NCBI GenBank assembly: GCA_001643675.2
Contig: LSRY02000004.1
Span: 806,001-870,000, forward strand
Direction: 5' to 3'
DNA: 64,000 nucleotides
Origin: Monocercomonoides exilis PA203
Lineage: Eukaryota; Protista; Preaxostyla
The notes below the pieces were generated by a model. The model worked only from the letters and a program-made list of their open reading frames with translations, was not told the DNA's origin and made no database searches. Shown piece after piece: positions 1 through 14,907 of this stretch; position 1 is the first letter of the stretch; every line of letters starts with the position of its first letter. The translations under genes were made by a program, and so were the position numbers.

Positions 1-3000
1 AATGCAGAAAAGACTGTAATTTTGAACGAAATAGGTGAGCTGCAATTTAGCGATTGTGCTCTTTCTTCATATGCATCGACACAGCAGCCAGGGGATTATT
101 CATTTGTAATTTCTAAAAGTGGAATTGTTAAAGCAGATAAACTTTTAATCCAATACATCAATGCGATTCAGTCAATTTTCATTCTGGAAAGGAATTGTAA
201 ATGTGAGCTCTCAAAAATTTCTGTCAACTCAATTCGAATGGTTTCAGGCTGTATGTTCTGTTTTGTTGACGTTACAGCAAAAGCTCAATATATCAAAACA
301 GAATTTGTGTGCTTCAATTCAAGCTTCACAACAATAACTGGAGAAGATAACAAGCCTGCTTGTCTTTCCGTTGAGAAGAATGAACCCCTTGTGCTGGAGA
401 TAAATAACACAATATTTGATTCGTGCAAAGCAAATGTTTCAGAAAAGGGAGGGATGGAATATTTTGTGCTGAACGAAGAGAGTTCGATGAGGATGTCCCA
501 GTGCCAAATTGTACAATGCGGATGTTCGAAGCAGATAGGAAAGGGAGGTGGGATCTTCATTTTTTCTGAGTTATTTGGAAAACTTGATTTTGCTTTCATA
601 AAATGCTACTTTGATGGAAATGTTGCTTGGAAAGGAAAAGACGTTTTCGTGGAATGTCGGAATATTGAATCTCAAATAAATGAAACACAATTTCTATTTG
701 AATTTCAAGAAGAGAACGAAAAGATGAATTACGACATCTTTGGAATTGATGCGGTTTACGACGAACCTATTGATTTAATGGACTTCATCACAATTTATCA
801 GCAAAACACCATCATTGTGTCTTCAGCCCAATCAAAAAATGGCAATAATAGTCGTCAATGTGGAACTACAAAACTACCATGCAGAACAGTTGGATATGGA
901 ACAAATCATTTGTTTGGCAAATTTCTAAGAATGCTTGTGGTAGATGAAGAAGGCGCTATTGAACAAGAAGTCATTTTTGAAGATTTGACTTTTAAATCAC
1001 TGAACAAACTGAATGCAGATGTGCTTTTTGAAGGAAATCCTCAGAAAACGAGAGATTATTTAATAGAAGCAAAATCAGATGTATCGATTAAGTTTCTATC
1101 ATTTAATTTTACTTTTTCTCAAATTGAGCACAATCACGTTCTTCATATCAGCAACGGAACACTAACGGTTTTCAATTGCAATTTTGCTTCAGCAGATAGT
1201 CAACAACATTTGTCTGTGCACAATCTTTTTTGTGCTGAATCAACAAATTTCACTCTCCAAGAAGTGAATATTCATGACTTGAATTGCTTTTCTTTAGTGC
1301 AATCAAAAGAAGGCAGTTTATTGATAAAAGAAGCGGAAATTGTGAATGTTATTTGCGAAGATTACGGAATTGGCATTGAGGATTCCGAACTGACTATCTC
1401 TTCTTCATGCTTCGAAAAAGTTAAAGCAAATTCGATAAAAGCGGTCGCTTTTGTCAACATTTCTAATGACAAAATTTTTTATGCTGCAAACTGTTCATTT
1501 GTGGAATGTTCTTCTCTATCCAAAAAAGGAAAATGTGTTCAACTGATTCATTCAAGAACTTCAACAATTGAATCGTGTTTGTTTTCACTCAACGAGCAAA
1601 GAAAACAAAGAATTCAAACGAATCATATTCTTGAAGAAATCTGTCGTTGGAATGGTTCGTTTGTTGATTTGGAGAATTGTTCAACAAAAATAAAAGACTC
1701 TATATTTGCAAATAGTGAAAATGGAGCGTTAACCATCAAAGGAAAAGAAACAATTATTGAAAATTGTGAGTTCAGAAACAACAGCAAAGAAATAGACGGA
1801 TATCTTTCAGCAAGAAGAAATATCATTTGCACTGGTGGTGGATCATTGAACATAAAAAGCATGAAAGGTGGAGATGAAGCACTCCCAAATGCATCACTAT
1901 GGATATTAAATGAAGGATGTGAGTTGGCAGGGATAGCATCAAGTAGATCATCGGCGTTTTTCATCCCAAGTCTGGAAATGGTGGAAAGAACTGAGAAAGA
2001 AGGAAATGAAGGGAAAACAGAGCTAAAATTTAGAGGTGCGCTTCTTCTACCGTGCAACCTATCGTTCCAGATGATGACAACAGTTGACGATACGTTGACT
2101 ATTGAAAAGTACGATTTTGAGGATAATGGTTTTATCTCAGAAAGCGAAATTCACGGAATGATTTTAGCGACTATTTTTTCATCAACATCGGATGATGCAG
2201 AAATATCGGTGAGTATTTTGTTTGGTGATATAGAATCTCCTTCAACGACAAACGCGATTGTTGTGAAGAACAAGACAATACAAAAGGATGAGCAGAATGT
2301 GGATGTTACAGAAATGAAAAGTGATGTTAAAGAAAAGGCAGAGTGGAGTTTAATTGGATTTATTGTGTGTTTAATTGTTCTTGTAATGGTTGTTTGTGGA
2401 ACTGTTGTGTTAGGAGTTATTTTGTGGAAGAAACAGAAAGCGGCGAAAAAGATAAAAGAAAGAATCGAAATAGGAATGATAGAGAATACGGAAAAGATGG
2501 AAATGACAACTGAAAACGAGGAATCGAAATTTTTAGGAAGAGAAAACTGCACAGAATTTGAGAAAGGAAGATTGAATTCATCTGTTCATTTGATTGATGA
2601 GGAAAAATTGGGAAAAAATGAAGTTGAAAAAATTATGATTGAGAATGATCTTGAAGAAGAAGATTTTATAATGAACTCTGGAAAGAATCTTATTGAGATA
2701 TGTACAATTAAAGAAGCTTTCATTACCGAGGAAGATGAAGTTAAAGAAGTGGATAAGATGGAGCAAAACTTCGAATTGAACGATATTAAAGAAATTAATA
2801 CAGAGAAAAAGACAAGGAAGAAAGTAAAGAAAAGCAAACGAAAAAAAGGAGCGAAAGGAAGTAAATTGAATAACCTGGAGAGTGAAAGCAAAGATGAAGC
2901 TAAAACAGAAGGGGGTATTGGGCTTAGAGAAAATGCAGAAGTTTTGCTTGTGTCATTTGATCAGCTAGATGAAAATGAAGCGAACATAGAACGTTTACAA

Positions 3001-3372
3001 GAATGCTCACGATTATTAACTTCCTCCTCCTTATCATCGAATTCGTCTTCATCGAATGAGCATTTTTCTAAAAGTGTAAAAAGTGAAGAAGTTCACGATA
3101 ACTTAAGATTGGACGAATCAAATCGATTGAATGAATCTACAAATGATGACAATTCTTTTACGAAATCATGCGAAAAGAATGACTCAGCAGAAAATGAAGC
3201 AGATGAAGAGATTATCGGAAAAGTATTACACTGTGATGAAACAGTTTATGAAAAAGAAGAGCAAACAAAGAAGAAGAGGAAGAAGAAGAAGAAGAAAGGA
3301 AAGGAAATTATTGTGAATGAGACTAAGAATGATGAAAGAGAATTTGATGAAGTGATACAATGTGTGTTTTAA
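1..3372 (+). CDS. 5'-truncated giant Cys-rich single-pass membrane protein (beta-helix-like ectodomain family) with acidic/Lys-rich cytoplasmic tail and no kinase-like domain
   Basis: Frame is open from base 1 to TAA at 3370-3372. Shares motifs with the 2660-aa and 4054-aa ORFs (QINETQF, CG-x4-PC, ICRWNGS, SARRNIIC, FFIPxL, LLLPCNL). TM segment WSLIGFIVCLIVLVMVVCGTVVLGVILW. Confidence 0.85.
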   Translation, partial: NAEKTVILNEIGELQFSDCALSSYASTQQPGDYSFVISKSGIVKADKLLIQYINAIQSIFILERNCKCELSKISVNSIRMVSGCMFCFVDVTAKAQYIKTEFVCFNSSFTTITGEDNKPACLSVEKNEPLVLEINNTIFDSCKANVSEKGGMEYFVLNEESSMRMSQCQIVQCGCSKQIGKGGGIFIFSELFGKLDFAFIKCYFDGNVAWKGKDVFVECRNIESQINETQFLFEFQEENEKMNYDIFGIDAVYDEPIDLMDFITIYQQNTIIVSSAQSKNGNNSRQCGTTKLPCRTVGYGTNHLFGKFLRMLVVDEEGAIEQEVIFEDLTFKSLNKLNADVLFEGNPQKTRDYLIEAKSDVSIKFLSFNFTFSQIEHNHVLHISNGTLTVFNCNFASADSQQHLSVHNLFCAESTNFTLQEVNIHDLNCFSLVQSKEGSLLIKEAEIVNVICEDYGIGIEDSELTISSSCFEKVKANSIKAVAFVNISNDKIFYAANCSFVECSSLSKKGKCVQLIHSRTSTIESCLFSLNEQRKQRIQTNHILEEICRWNGSFVDLENCSTKIKDSIFANSENGALTIKGKETIIENCEFRNNSKEIDGYLSARRNIICTGGGSLNIKSMKGGDEALPNASLWILNEGCELAGIASSRSSAFFIPSLEMVERTEKEGNEGKTELKFRGALLLPCNLSFQMMTTVDDTLTIEKYDFEDNGFISESEIHGMILATIFSSTSDDAEISVSILFGDIESPSTTNAIVVKNKTIQKDEQNVDVTEMKSDVKEKAEWSLIGFIVCLIVLVMVVCGTVVLGVILWKKQKAAKKIKERIEIGMIENTEKMEMTTENEESKFLGRENCTEFEKGRLNSSVHLIDEEKLGKNEVEKIMIENDLEEEDFIMNSGKNLIEICTIKEAFITEEDEVKEVDKMEQNFELNDIKEINTEKKTRKKVKKSKRKKGAKGSKLNNLESESKDEAKTEGGIGLRENAEVLLVSFDQLDENEANIERLQECSRLLTSSSLSSNSSSSNEHFSKSVKSEEVHDNLRLDESNRLNESTNDDNSFTKSCEKNDSAENEADEEIIGKVLHCDETVYEKEEQTKKKRKKKKKKGKEIIVNETKNDEREFDEVIQCVF

Positions 3373-3989
3373 ATAGAGTGAAAATGAAGATGTTTGAAAG
3401 AAAGTTAAATCATAAGAATGAAAATGTTATTTGAATGATGGACAGTAAGTCATGCAAATATTATATTTTATTATAATCTCATCGTACTACAAACAATTAT
3501 TCTCATTTAATGTGTTTTCTAGAGATTAATGAAGTTACATTTTGTGATTTAACACAATTCATTCAGTTTTTTAAATTAATGTGAAGAGAATGAAGAGATA
3601 GAGTTATTAATGTTACAAATTCATATGTAGTCCTGTTTTATGTAGTAACTATGTTTATGTAATATTTGGTACTGTTTACATATGTTATATGTCTTCTATT
3701 TTTTTTTTTTAATTAAAGCTTTTTAATAAATACATACACATTTGAACTTTTTTATTTCTCTTTTCAAACTATATCATTTTTTGTCTTTCTGTTTGACAAT
3801 TATTTTTTATCATTTCAACATTGAATCAAATTTGATTTTAACAATTTTTACTGTTTTATGAAAATTATTGGATAATTTAAATATCCGAACTTTTTTATTT
3901 TTCAAATATAATAAAATAAATAATTTTTTCTTTGAAGTGGAAAAAAGATCCAATAAATCGAAATGATTCACAAATAGCAATTGAGTCAT

Positions 3990-4975
3990 TTCTTACAGAA
4001 ATACATTAAATCTAGAATGTTTGAATAAACCTCTGTGACATGACAAGTGAAAATTGAAACAATGAAAAAATGACTGACAAGATATTTATGATTTGTCATA
4101 TATGGTAATTTATTGCAATTTCGCAATTCTTAATTACTGTGAAAAATAAGAATGAAGATCTAAATATATCAATTCTTATAATAATGAAATAATCAATTTC
4201 TTAATTAATATGATCAAGTTCCCAAAATACACTTTGTGTAAAAAATACCGGAAATCGCAAAAAATACCGGACAAGATCGATATCTCGATAACTGCAAGAA
4301 GAAAAATTCTGTTAATTTTCCTCAAAATATATCTCATCAATGCAAATTCATTTGATACACAAAACTTTCAAAGCAGCTTCATTTGTGCTCAGAAAAAAAT
4401 TGATTTCGAAATTTCGGAGAAACTCAAAATCCTATTTCTCTGAGATTTTTATAATAATTTTCTCTGTGCACAAATGAAGCTATTTTGAAATTCACGTTTA
4501 TCTAATGTGTTTGTATTGATGAGATATATTTTGAGGAAAATTAACAGAATTTTTCTTCTTGCAGTTATTGAGATATCGATCTTGTCCGGTATTTTTTGCA
4601 CAAACTGTATATTTTTTCTACAGGAAATGTCAGTTTAAAATTTTTTTTGTTTTTATTTGTCATTGACTGTCATCGACCGTCACTGGCAAAAAAGAAAAAG
4701 ACAGATGGGACATAATATTTGACTTCAGGCATTTTCATAGAAAAAATTTGCACTTTTGATAAGCTTTTTGTGTTCAAAAAATACAATAAAAATGGGTTCA
4801 TTTCTTGACATTCAATGAATGTCACAAAACTTTTTGTCATCACATCTATGATGGATATTTACAAATAAGAAAAACTAATTAATTTTGAAATCTGAGAATG
4901 ATTGATAAAGTTATAAGTGAATCAATTTTTCATGCAATGTGCATAAAAAGCTTGAATGTCAATATTTTCCCCCAG
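3990..4975. repeat. Dispersed non-coding repeat homologous to ~29230-30195, interrupted here by the 4230-4607 hairpin
   Basis: Colinear blocks shared by both loci: TGTGACATGA..ATTGAAACAAT..GACAAGAT, ATCAAG(T/C)TCCCAA, GACCGTCACTG, TTGACTTCAGG..AATGGGTTCATTT..GAAATCTGAGA..GTGCATAAAAAGCTTGAA..TATTTTCCCC. Ends are approximate. Confidence 0.7.
4230..4607. mobile_element. Fold-back/MITE-like element with TA target-site duplication (Tc1/mariner-like)
   Basis: TA|CACTTTGTG...CACAAACTG|TA. The ~180-190-bp arms pair almost to the centre (e.g. ATACCGGACAAGATCGATATCTC / GAGATATCGATCTTGTCCGGTAT). The homologous site near 29455 lacks the element. Confidence 0.75.
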
Positions 4976-5430
4976 ATGTTTTAGATGTTGTGAACAATTT
5001 TTTACCAAAGCTTTTTATTTAACCTTTGGAACAATTCGTCATCGTTTGTTTTTCATTCATGAACATTAATTATTGATTCTTTTAAAGTTAGATTTTAATT
5101 TTTCTTTCTTTCTTTCTTTCTTTCTTTTCTTTTCTTTTTCTTTTTCTTTTTTCTTTTTTTTTTGTGACAAACAAATGATTTTATAATTTGATTTGCAAAG
5201 AGGTTTTGTTTCATAAGTGAATAGAGAAATTTTGATGCATAAATGCAATTTATATTTTCACCTGAAATATTCACAAAATGAACTTTTCAAAAAAAAAATT
5301 AGACAAATAATATATTTTATTTTTGATTCAAAAATAAGAAAGAGTGTTTCTTCAGAAAAAAAATATATTCATATCTCTATAAATTCTTAACAAATACGAA
5401 AAACCAAACTTGTTAACAATAATGTGAAAA

Positions 5431-5690
5431 ATATTTCACTTCAGGCTTTTTTTTAGCAAAATCATGCACTTTTCGTGACTTTTAAAGGTCAAAAAACACA
5501 TTAAAGATGAGTCCATTTTATGACATTCGTGAAATGTTGGAAAATTTTATGTATTGATTTTAACGATGCATGTTTTCGGATATGAAAATCGAATTTGTTT
5601 TGAAATCTGAGAAAGCGAAATAAAGTTATGAGTGAAGCAATATTTAAATGCCTAGTGCAAAAAATGCTTGAAAGTCCGTATTTTCCCGCA
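5431..5690 (+). repeat. Third, more diverged copy of a ~265-bp dispersed repeat (others at 4710-4975 and 29929-30195)
   Basis: Shared blocks ACTTCAGG, TGACATTCGTGAAAT, GAAATCTGAGAAAGCGAAATAAAG and GCTTGAAAGTCCGTATTTTCCC. Confidence 0.7.
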
Positions 5691-6044
5691 TTATATTAAC
5701 TTGCAAAACTGGTAGGTGATATTTTGAAGTGAAATGATAATTCTCAATTTATTGGCAAGTTGATATTAAAAAAACGCCTGCAAAGAAATGCGATCAATAA
5801 AAAAAATCAACGAACTATTTAATTATTAGTAATAGTTCAATGAATTGCAACATTATGTTAACAAAAATCCATTTCAAAGAAAAGAGCAATATACAGTCTA
5901 AAACCTTGTTTCGAAATAACCATATATTTTGTGAAGTGAATTGGGACGAAATTTTTTGTTTATTGAATTTCAGCCCTTTCAATTATTTCTATTATTTTTC
6001 TGTTTTATTGGAATTTTTATTTATTTATTTATTTATTTATTTGG

Positions 6045-6280
6045 GTAATTCTTTTTGAAAAGTCGCAAATGTTTAATTATCAAATAAATCAAAAATTTCT
6101 TATTTCACTCAGAAATATGTTAACATACACCAAACTTCACCTATATAAAATTCACTTCTTCGTTAAACTATTTCATTCATTCAAAGGAAGATTCGTGAGT
6201 GGAAACAGATATTTGAACGAAATATGAAATTTTTGATTTATTCGAAAAATAAACATTTGCGACTTTTCAAAAAGAATTAC
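6045..6280. mobile_element. ~236-bp MITE-like element with long terminal inverted repeats
   Basis: GTAATTCTTTTTGAAAAGTCGCAAATGTTTA pairs perfectly with TAAACATTTGCGACTTTTCAAAAAGAATTAC, with imperfect pairing further in. No clear TSD. Confidence 0.65.
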
Positions 6281-6653
6281 ACATTTATTAATTTATTTAT
6301 AAATTTTCATTCATGGGAATGCAAGACCAAAATGATTTGATGTCAGTAAAATTTTGGCTAGCAATACGGTTCTTTTTATGAACAACAAAAATTCTCCTCA
6401 ATAAAAAATTTTCGTATTCAAATCATTTTTTTCGAAAAAAAAAATGCATTATAAGAAAGAGAAAAAAGGAAAATTATACAAAAAATTTTATAAAAATGCA
6501 ATAAACCTAAACAAAATAATTTTCAAAGGAAAAAAAAAAAAAACACTAACTTCAAAATCATTTTTCAACACCTCTTTCATTTTTTTCAACTCAAAAGTGA
6601 TGAAACAAAAAAATATATTTCACTCTTCATTTCATCTTAAAAGACCGTTCACA

Positions 6654-8268
6654 TTCTCTTCAATTTCTTCATTTTTTTTGAAAACTTACGAACACAATTT
6701 TTACACACCACGTCTTTTTTAATTCAAAAAAGAGAAAAAAACATTATTATGCACTCTTTATTGTGTCTAACTACAAACAAATTTCTCGATGCTCATCTGT
6801 AATAAACTGAAACAAAAAGCACTCATTATATTAGCGATTTTCATAAATATATGTATTTTTGAATAGCAAATAGAAAAGATGGAAACGTTAAAAACAAAAA
6901 ATTTCAAAGTGCCATTTTTTGGCTCAGCACCTAATAGTTTTTAAAGCATTTATGCATTTTCTAAGAATTTAATAACAATTCTAAAAACAATTTTCTATAC
7001 ATTCCAAAAAATATTAATCATTGCAAATCATCAAGATACAATTAGCAAGGGCTGCTTTTGCAAAAAAAATCCATCTAATGCAAAATATAAGTAATAATAT
7101 CAAAGTTTAAGCAACATTTATTAGCACTGTATCAGCATTTATCTCGCAGAAGCCTCACTAAAAGATTTGATCATCATTATTCCATTATAAGATACTCCAA
7201 AAATTCCGAGATTGGTTTTTGCGTGGATCATCCTCGATACTGAAAGCACATGGGAGGACTTATTGAAAAGGTTTTAGGCATGTTTGGGAAAAAGAATACC
7301 GTATTGTGATGGTAGGGCTCGATGGTGTGGATTAAAAGCTTTTTAAAGGCACAGGGAACATTTAATCATTCCTGTTTATTTTGCTGTTCAGCTGCTGGAA
7401 AGACATCCATCCTGTACAAATTGAAATTAAATGAAAATGTGCATACAATTCCAACTATTGGATTCAATATGGAAGAAGTCCAAGTGAAAAACATCAAGTT
7501 TGTTGTGTGGGATGTTGGAGGGCAAAAGAAGGTGTGCAATTGTTAAATCATTGTTGATGTTAAGTATTTTCGAAATGTAATTATTGTTGAATTTTAATAC
7601 TGAATATATTTGAACGTCTTTTACAGATTCGTCATTTGTGGCATCATTACTATCAGAACACAGATGCTGTTATTTACGTGGTTGATAGTTCGGATCAAGC
7701 ACGTATAGCTTGCACAAGCATGGAATGTAATGATTGTGCAAAAGAAGAATTGCATTATCTTCTTCAAAGAGATGAACTTCGTGGTGCCGTTCTCTTGCTT
7801 TATGCAAACAAACAAGATTTGGCAGGCGCCTGCAGCGCGACAGAGCTCCGTGAAAAACTTGAGCTCGACAGAGTTTGCAGAGACAGATCATGGTACGTGC
7901 AGCCATGCTGCGCATTGACTGGTGATGGTCTTCTTCATGGATTGGAATGGCTTGCTCAAGAATTGAAGAAAGTTAAGAAGTAAAAGGTAATATTATTATT
8001 TTTGCAAAAAGAACGGGGAACCAACGAATAATCATTAACAAAAATTTACGGTTTATGAAGAAGCACAATTTTGAACCATTCCTATTTTATTCATCACGCT
8101 AGCTGTCATTTCTGTATTTTTTGTTTGTTCTTTTGTCTGAGAGAGCTCCACATCCACATCCACATCCCAACTTCAACCATTTCTCTTTTCGTCTTCTTCG
8201 ATTTGCCACGAGTATGCTTCTCTCAATTTGTTTATTTGCAAATGGTGACCAATATTGTATTCACCTCA
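6654..8268 (+). repeat. Left arm of a 1.6-kb inverted duplication carrying the ARF gene
   Basis: Reverse complement of 8508-10127. Mirror ORFs are identical and the differences seen are homopolymer lengths. Unique spacer is 239 bp. Confidence 0.95.
7250..7983 (+). pseudogene. ARF-family GTPase, left copy, with a 1-bp frameshift in exon 1 (pseudogene or homopolymer error)
   Basis: Exons 7250-7324, 7392-7531, 7627-7983 with GT-AG introns. GGGAAAAAG has 5 A here versus 6 A in the right copy, giving MFGKKNTVL* instead of [15 protein letters not shown]. Confidence 0.7.
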
Positions 8269-8507
8269 GTACTGTTACAAATATTATTTCATTTATTATT
8301 ATTTTTTTATTTTAAGCTCTTGGTATATAAATGAATAAAAGATTGTAAATTAACATTCATTTTTTTGTTTGTTTATACAAATTATTATTATTATTATATC
8401 AAAAACTTAAGTTCTATTTTGATATTGCAAATAACTACAGAATTTGGAAAATAATAATAAAAATAACACAAAAGTTAAAATCAATTAAACCACTTAAAAA
8501 TAAAACA

Positions 8508-10127
8508 TGAGGTGAATACAATATTGGTCACCATTTGCAAATAAACAAATTGAGAGAAGCATACTCGTGGCAAATCGAAGAAGACGAAAAGAGAAATGGT
8601 TGAAGTTGGGATGTGGATGTGGATGTGGAGCTCTCTCAGACAAAAGAACAAACAAAAAATACAGAAATGACAGCTAGCGTGATGAATAAAATAGGAATGG
8701 TTCAAAATTGTGCTTCTTCATAAACCGTAAATTTTTGTTAATGATTATTCGTTGGTTCCCCGTTCTTTTTGCAAAAATAATAATATTACCTTTTACTTCT
8801 TAACTTTCTTCAATTCTTGAGCAAGCCATTCCAATCCATGAAGAAGACCATCACCAGTCAATGCGCAGCATGGCTGCACGTACCATGATCTGTCTCTGCA
8901 AACTCTGTCGAGCTCAAGTTTTTCACGGAGCTCTGTCGCGCTGCAGGCGCCTGCCAAATCTTGTTTGTTTGCATAAAGCAAGAGAACGGCACCACGAAGT
9001 TCATCTCTTTGAAGAAGATAATGCAATTCTTCTTTTGCACAATCATTACATTCCATGCTTGTGCAAGCTATACGTGCTTGATCCGAACTATCAACCACGT
9101 AAATAACAGCATCTGTGTTCTGATAGTAATGATGCCACAAATGACGAATCTGTAAAAAGACGTTCAAATATATTCAGTATTAAAATTCAACAATAATTAC
9201 ATTTCGAAAATACTTAACATCAACAATGATTTAACAATTGCACACCTTCTTTTGCCCTCCAACATCCCACACAACAAACTTGATGTTTTTCACTTGGACT
9301 TCTTCCATATTGAATCCAATAGTTGGAATTGTATGCACATTTTCATTTAATTTCAATTTGTACAGGATGGATGTCTTTCCAGCAGCTGAACAGCAAAATA
9401 AACAGGAATGATTAAATGTTCCCTGTGCCTTTAAAAAAGCTTTTTAATCCACACCATCGAGCCCTACCATCACAATACGGTATTCTTTTTTCCCAAACAT
9501 GCCTAAAACCTTTTCAATAAGTCCTCCCATGTGCTTTCAGTATCGAGGATGATCCACGCAAAAACCAATCTCGGAATTTTTTGGAGTATCTTATAATGGA
9601 ATAATGATGATCAAATCTTTTAGTGAGGCTTCTGCGAGATAAATGCTGATACAGTGCTAATAAATGTTGCTTAAACTTTGATATTATTACTTATATTTTG
9701 CATTAGATGGATTTTTTTTGCAAAAGCAGCCCTTGCTAATTGTATCTTGATGATTTGCAATGATTAATATTTTTTGGAATGTATAGAAAATTGTTTTTAG
9801 AATTGTTATTAAATTCTTAGAAAATGCATAAATGCTTTAAAAACTATTAGGTGCTGAGCCAAAAAATGGCACTTTGAAATTTTTTGTTTTTAACGTTTCC
9901 ATCTTTTCTATTTGCTATTCAAAAATACATATATTTATGAAAATCGCTAATATAATGAGTGCTTTTTGTTTCAGTTTATTACAGATGAGCATCGAGAAAT
10001 TTGTTTGTAGTTAGACACAATAAAGAGTGCATAATAATGTTTTTTTCTCTTTTTTGAATTAAAAAAGACGTGGTGTGTAAAAATTGTGTTCGTAAGTTTT
10101 CAAAAAAAATGAAGAAATTGAAGAGAA
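8508..10127 (-). repeat. Right arm of the 1.6-kb inverted duplication
   Basis: Reverse complement of 6654-8268. Confidence 0.95.
8793..9530 (-). CDS. ARF-family small GTPase (ADP-ribosylation factor-like), intact copy, 3 exons
   Basis: MG N-terminus (myristoylation-type), GLDAAGKT P-loop, IPTIGFN switch I, WDVGGQ, ANKQD and CCA G5 motif. Two GT-AG introns. Confidence 0.92.
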
Positions 10128-10632
10128 AAAAACAAAAGCAAAAACAGAAACAAAAAGAGAAAAATTTTAATCAAATTGAAAAAAGGAAAACATCGAAAAC
10201 ATATGTGACAAATATAACTGAAAAATTACGAAAAGGCATTAATCTCAAAACAAAAAACTGGCACGAATGAGCGGATTATTTTGAAATTAAAAATGTAATG
10301 ATAAAAATACATTTGAAATAAAAGCCTGTAATCAATCAAGAAAGAAATACAAAATGAAGAATTAAAATAACGAAAAATCCAAAAAAATTGAAAGACATTC
10401 CACTTTTGTTGCCAGACGAATATCATTTATTCAACATTAGTCGCAAACACACCCAATAAAACAGATAACAAAAATTAAATCGAAAAAATTACAAAAGAAA
10501 ACATAACAAAACAAAACAAAATTATTCCCATACAATTATTGAAAAAAAGCACGCATTATTAAAAGTGATTGAGAATCACACACAAAGCTGCTGTTTTATC
10601 AACAATGTATGAAGAATTCATGCCAAATAAGA

Positions 10633-14907
<4,275 letters not shown>

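Noticed and set aside
3340-3372. Polybasic tract plus terminal QCVF as a prenylation signal
   Set aside because: The Cys is third from the end, so this is not a canonical CaaX, and the protein already has a TM anchor.
8071-8705. Mirror ORFs of 87 and 74 aa (MNHSYFIHH...)
   Set aside because: They start at TTG in the duplicated ARF 3' UTR. Their identity reflects the DNA duplication, not protein conservation.
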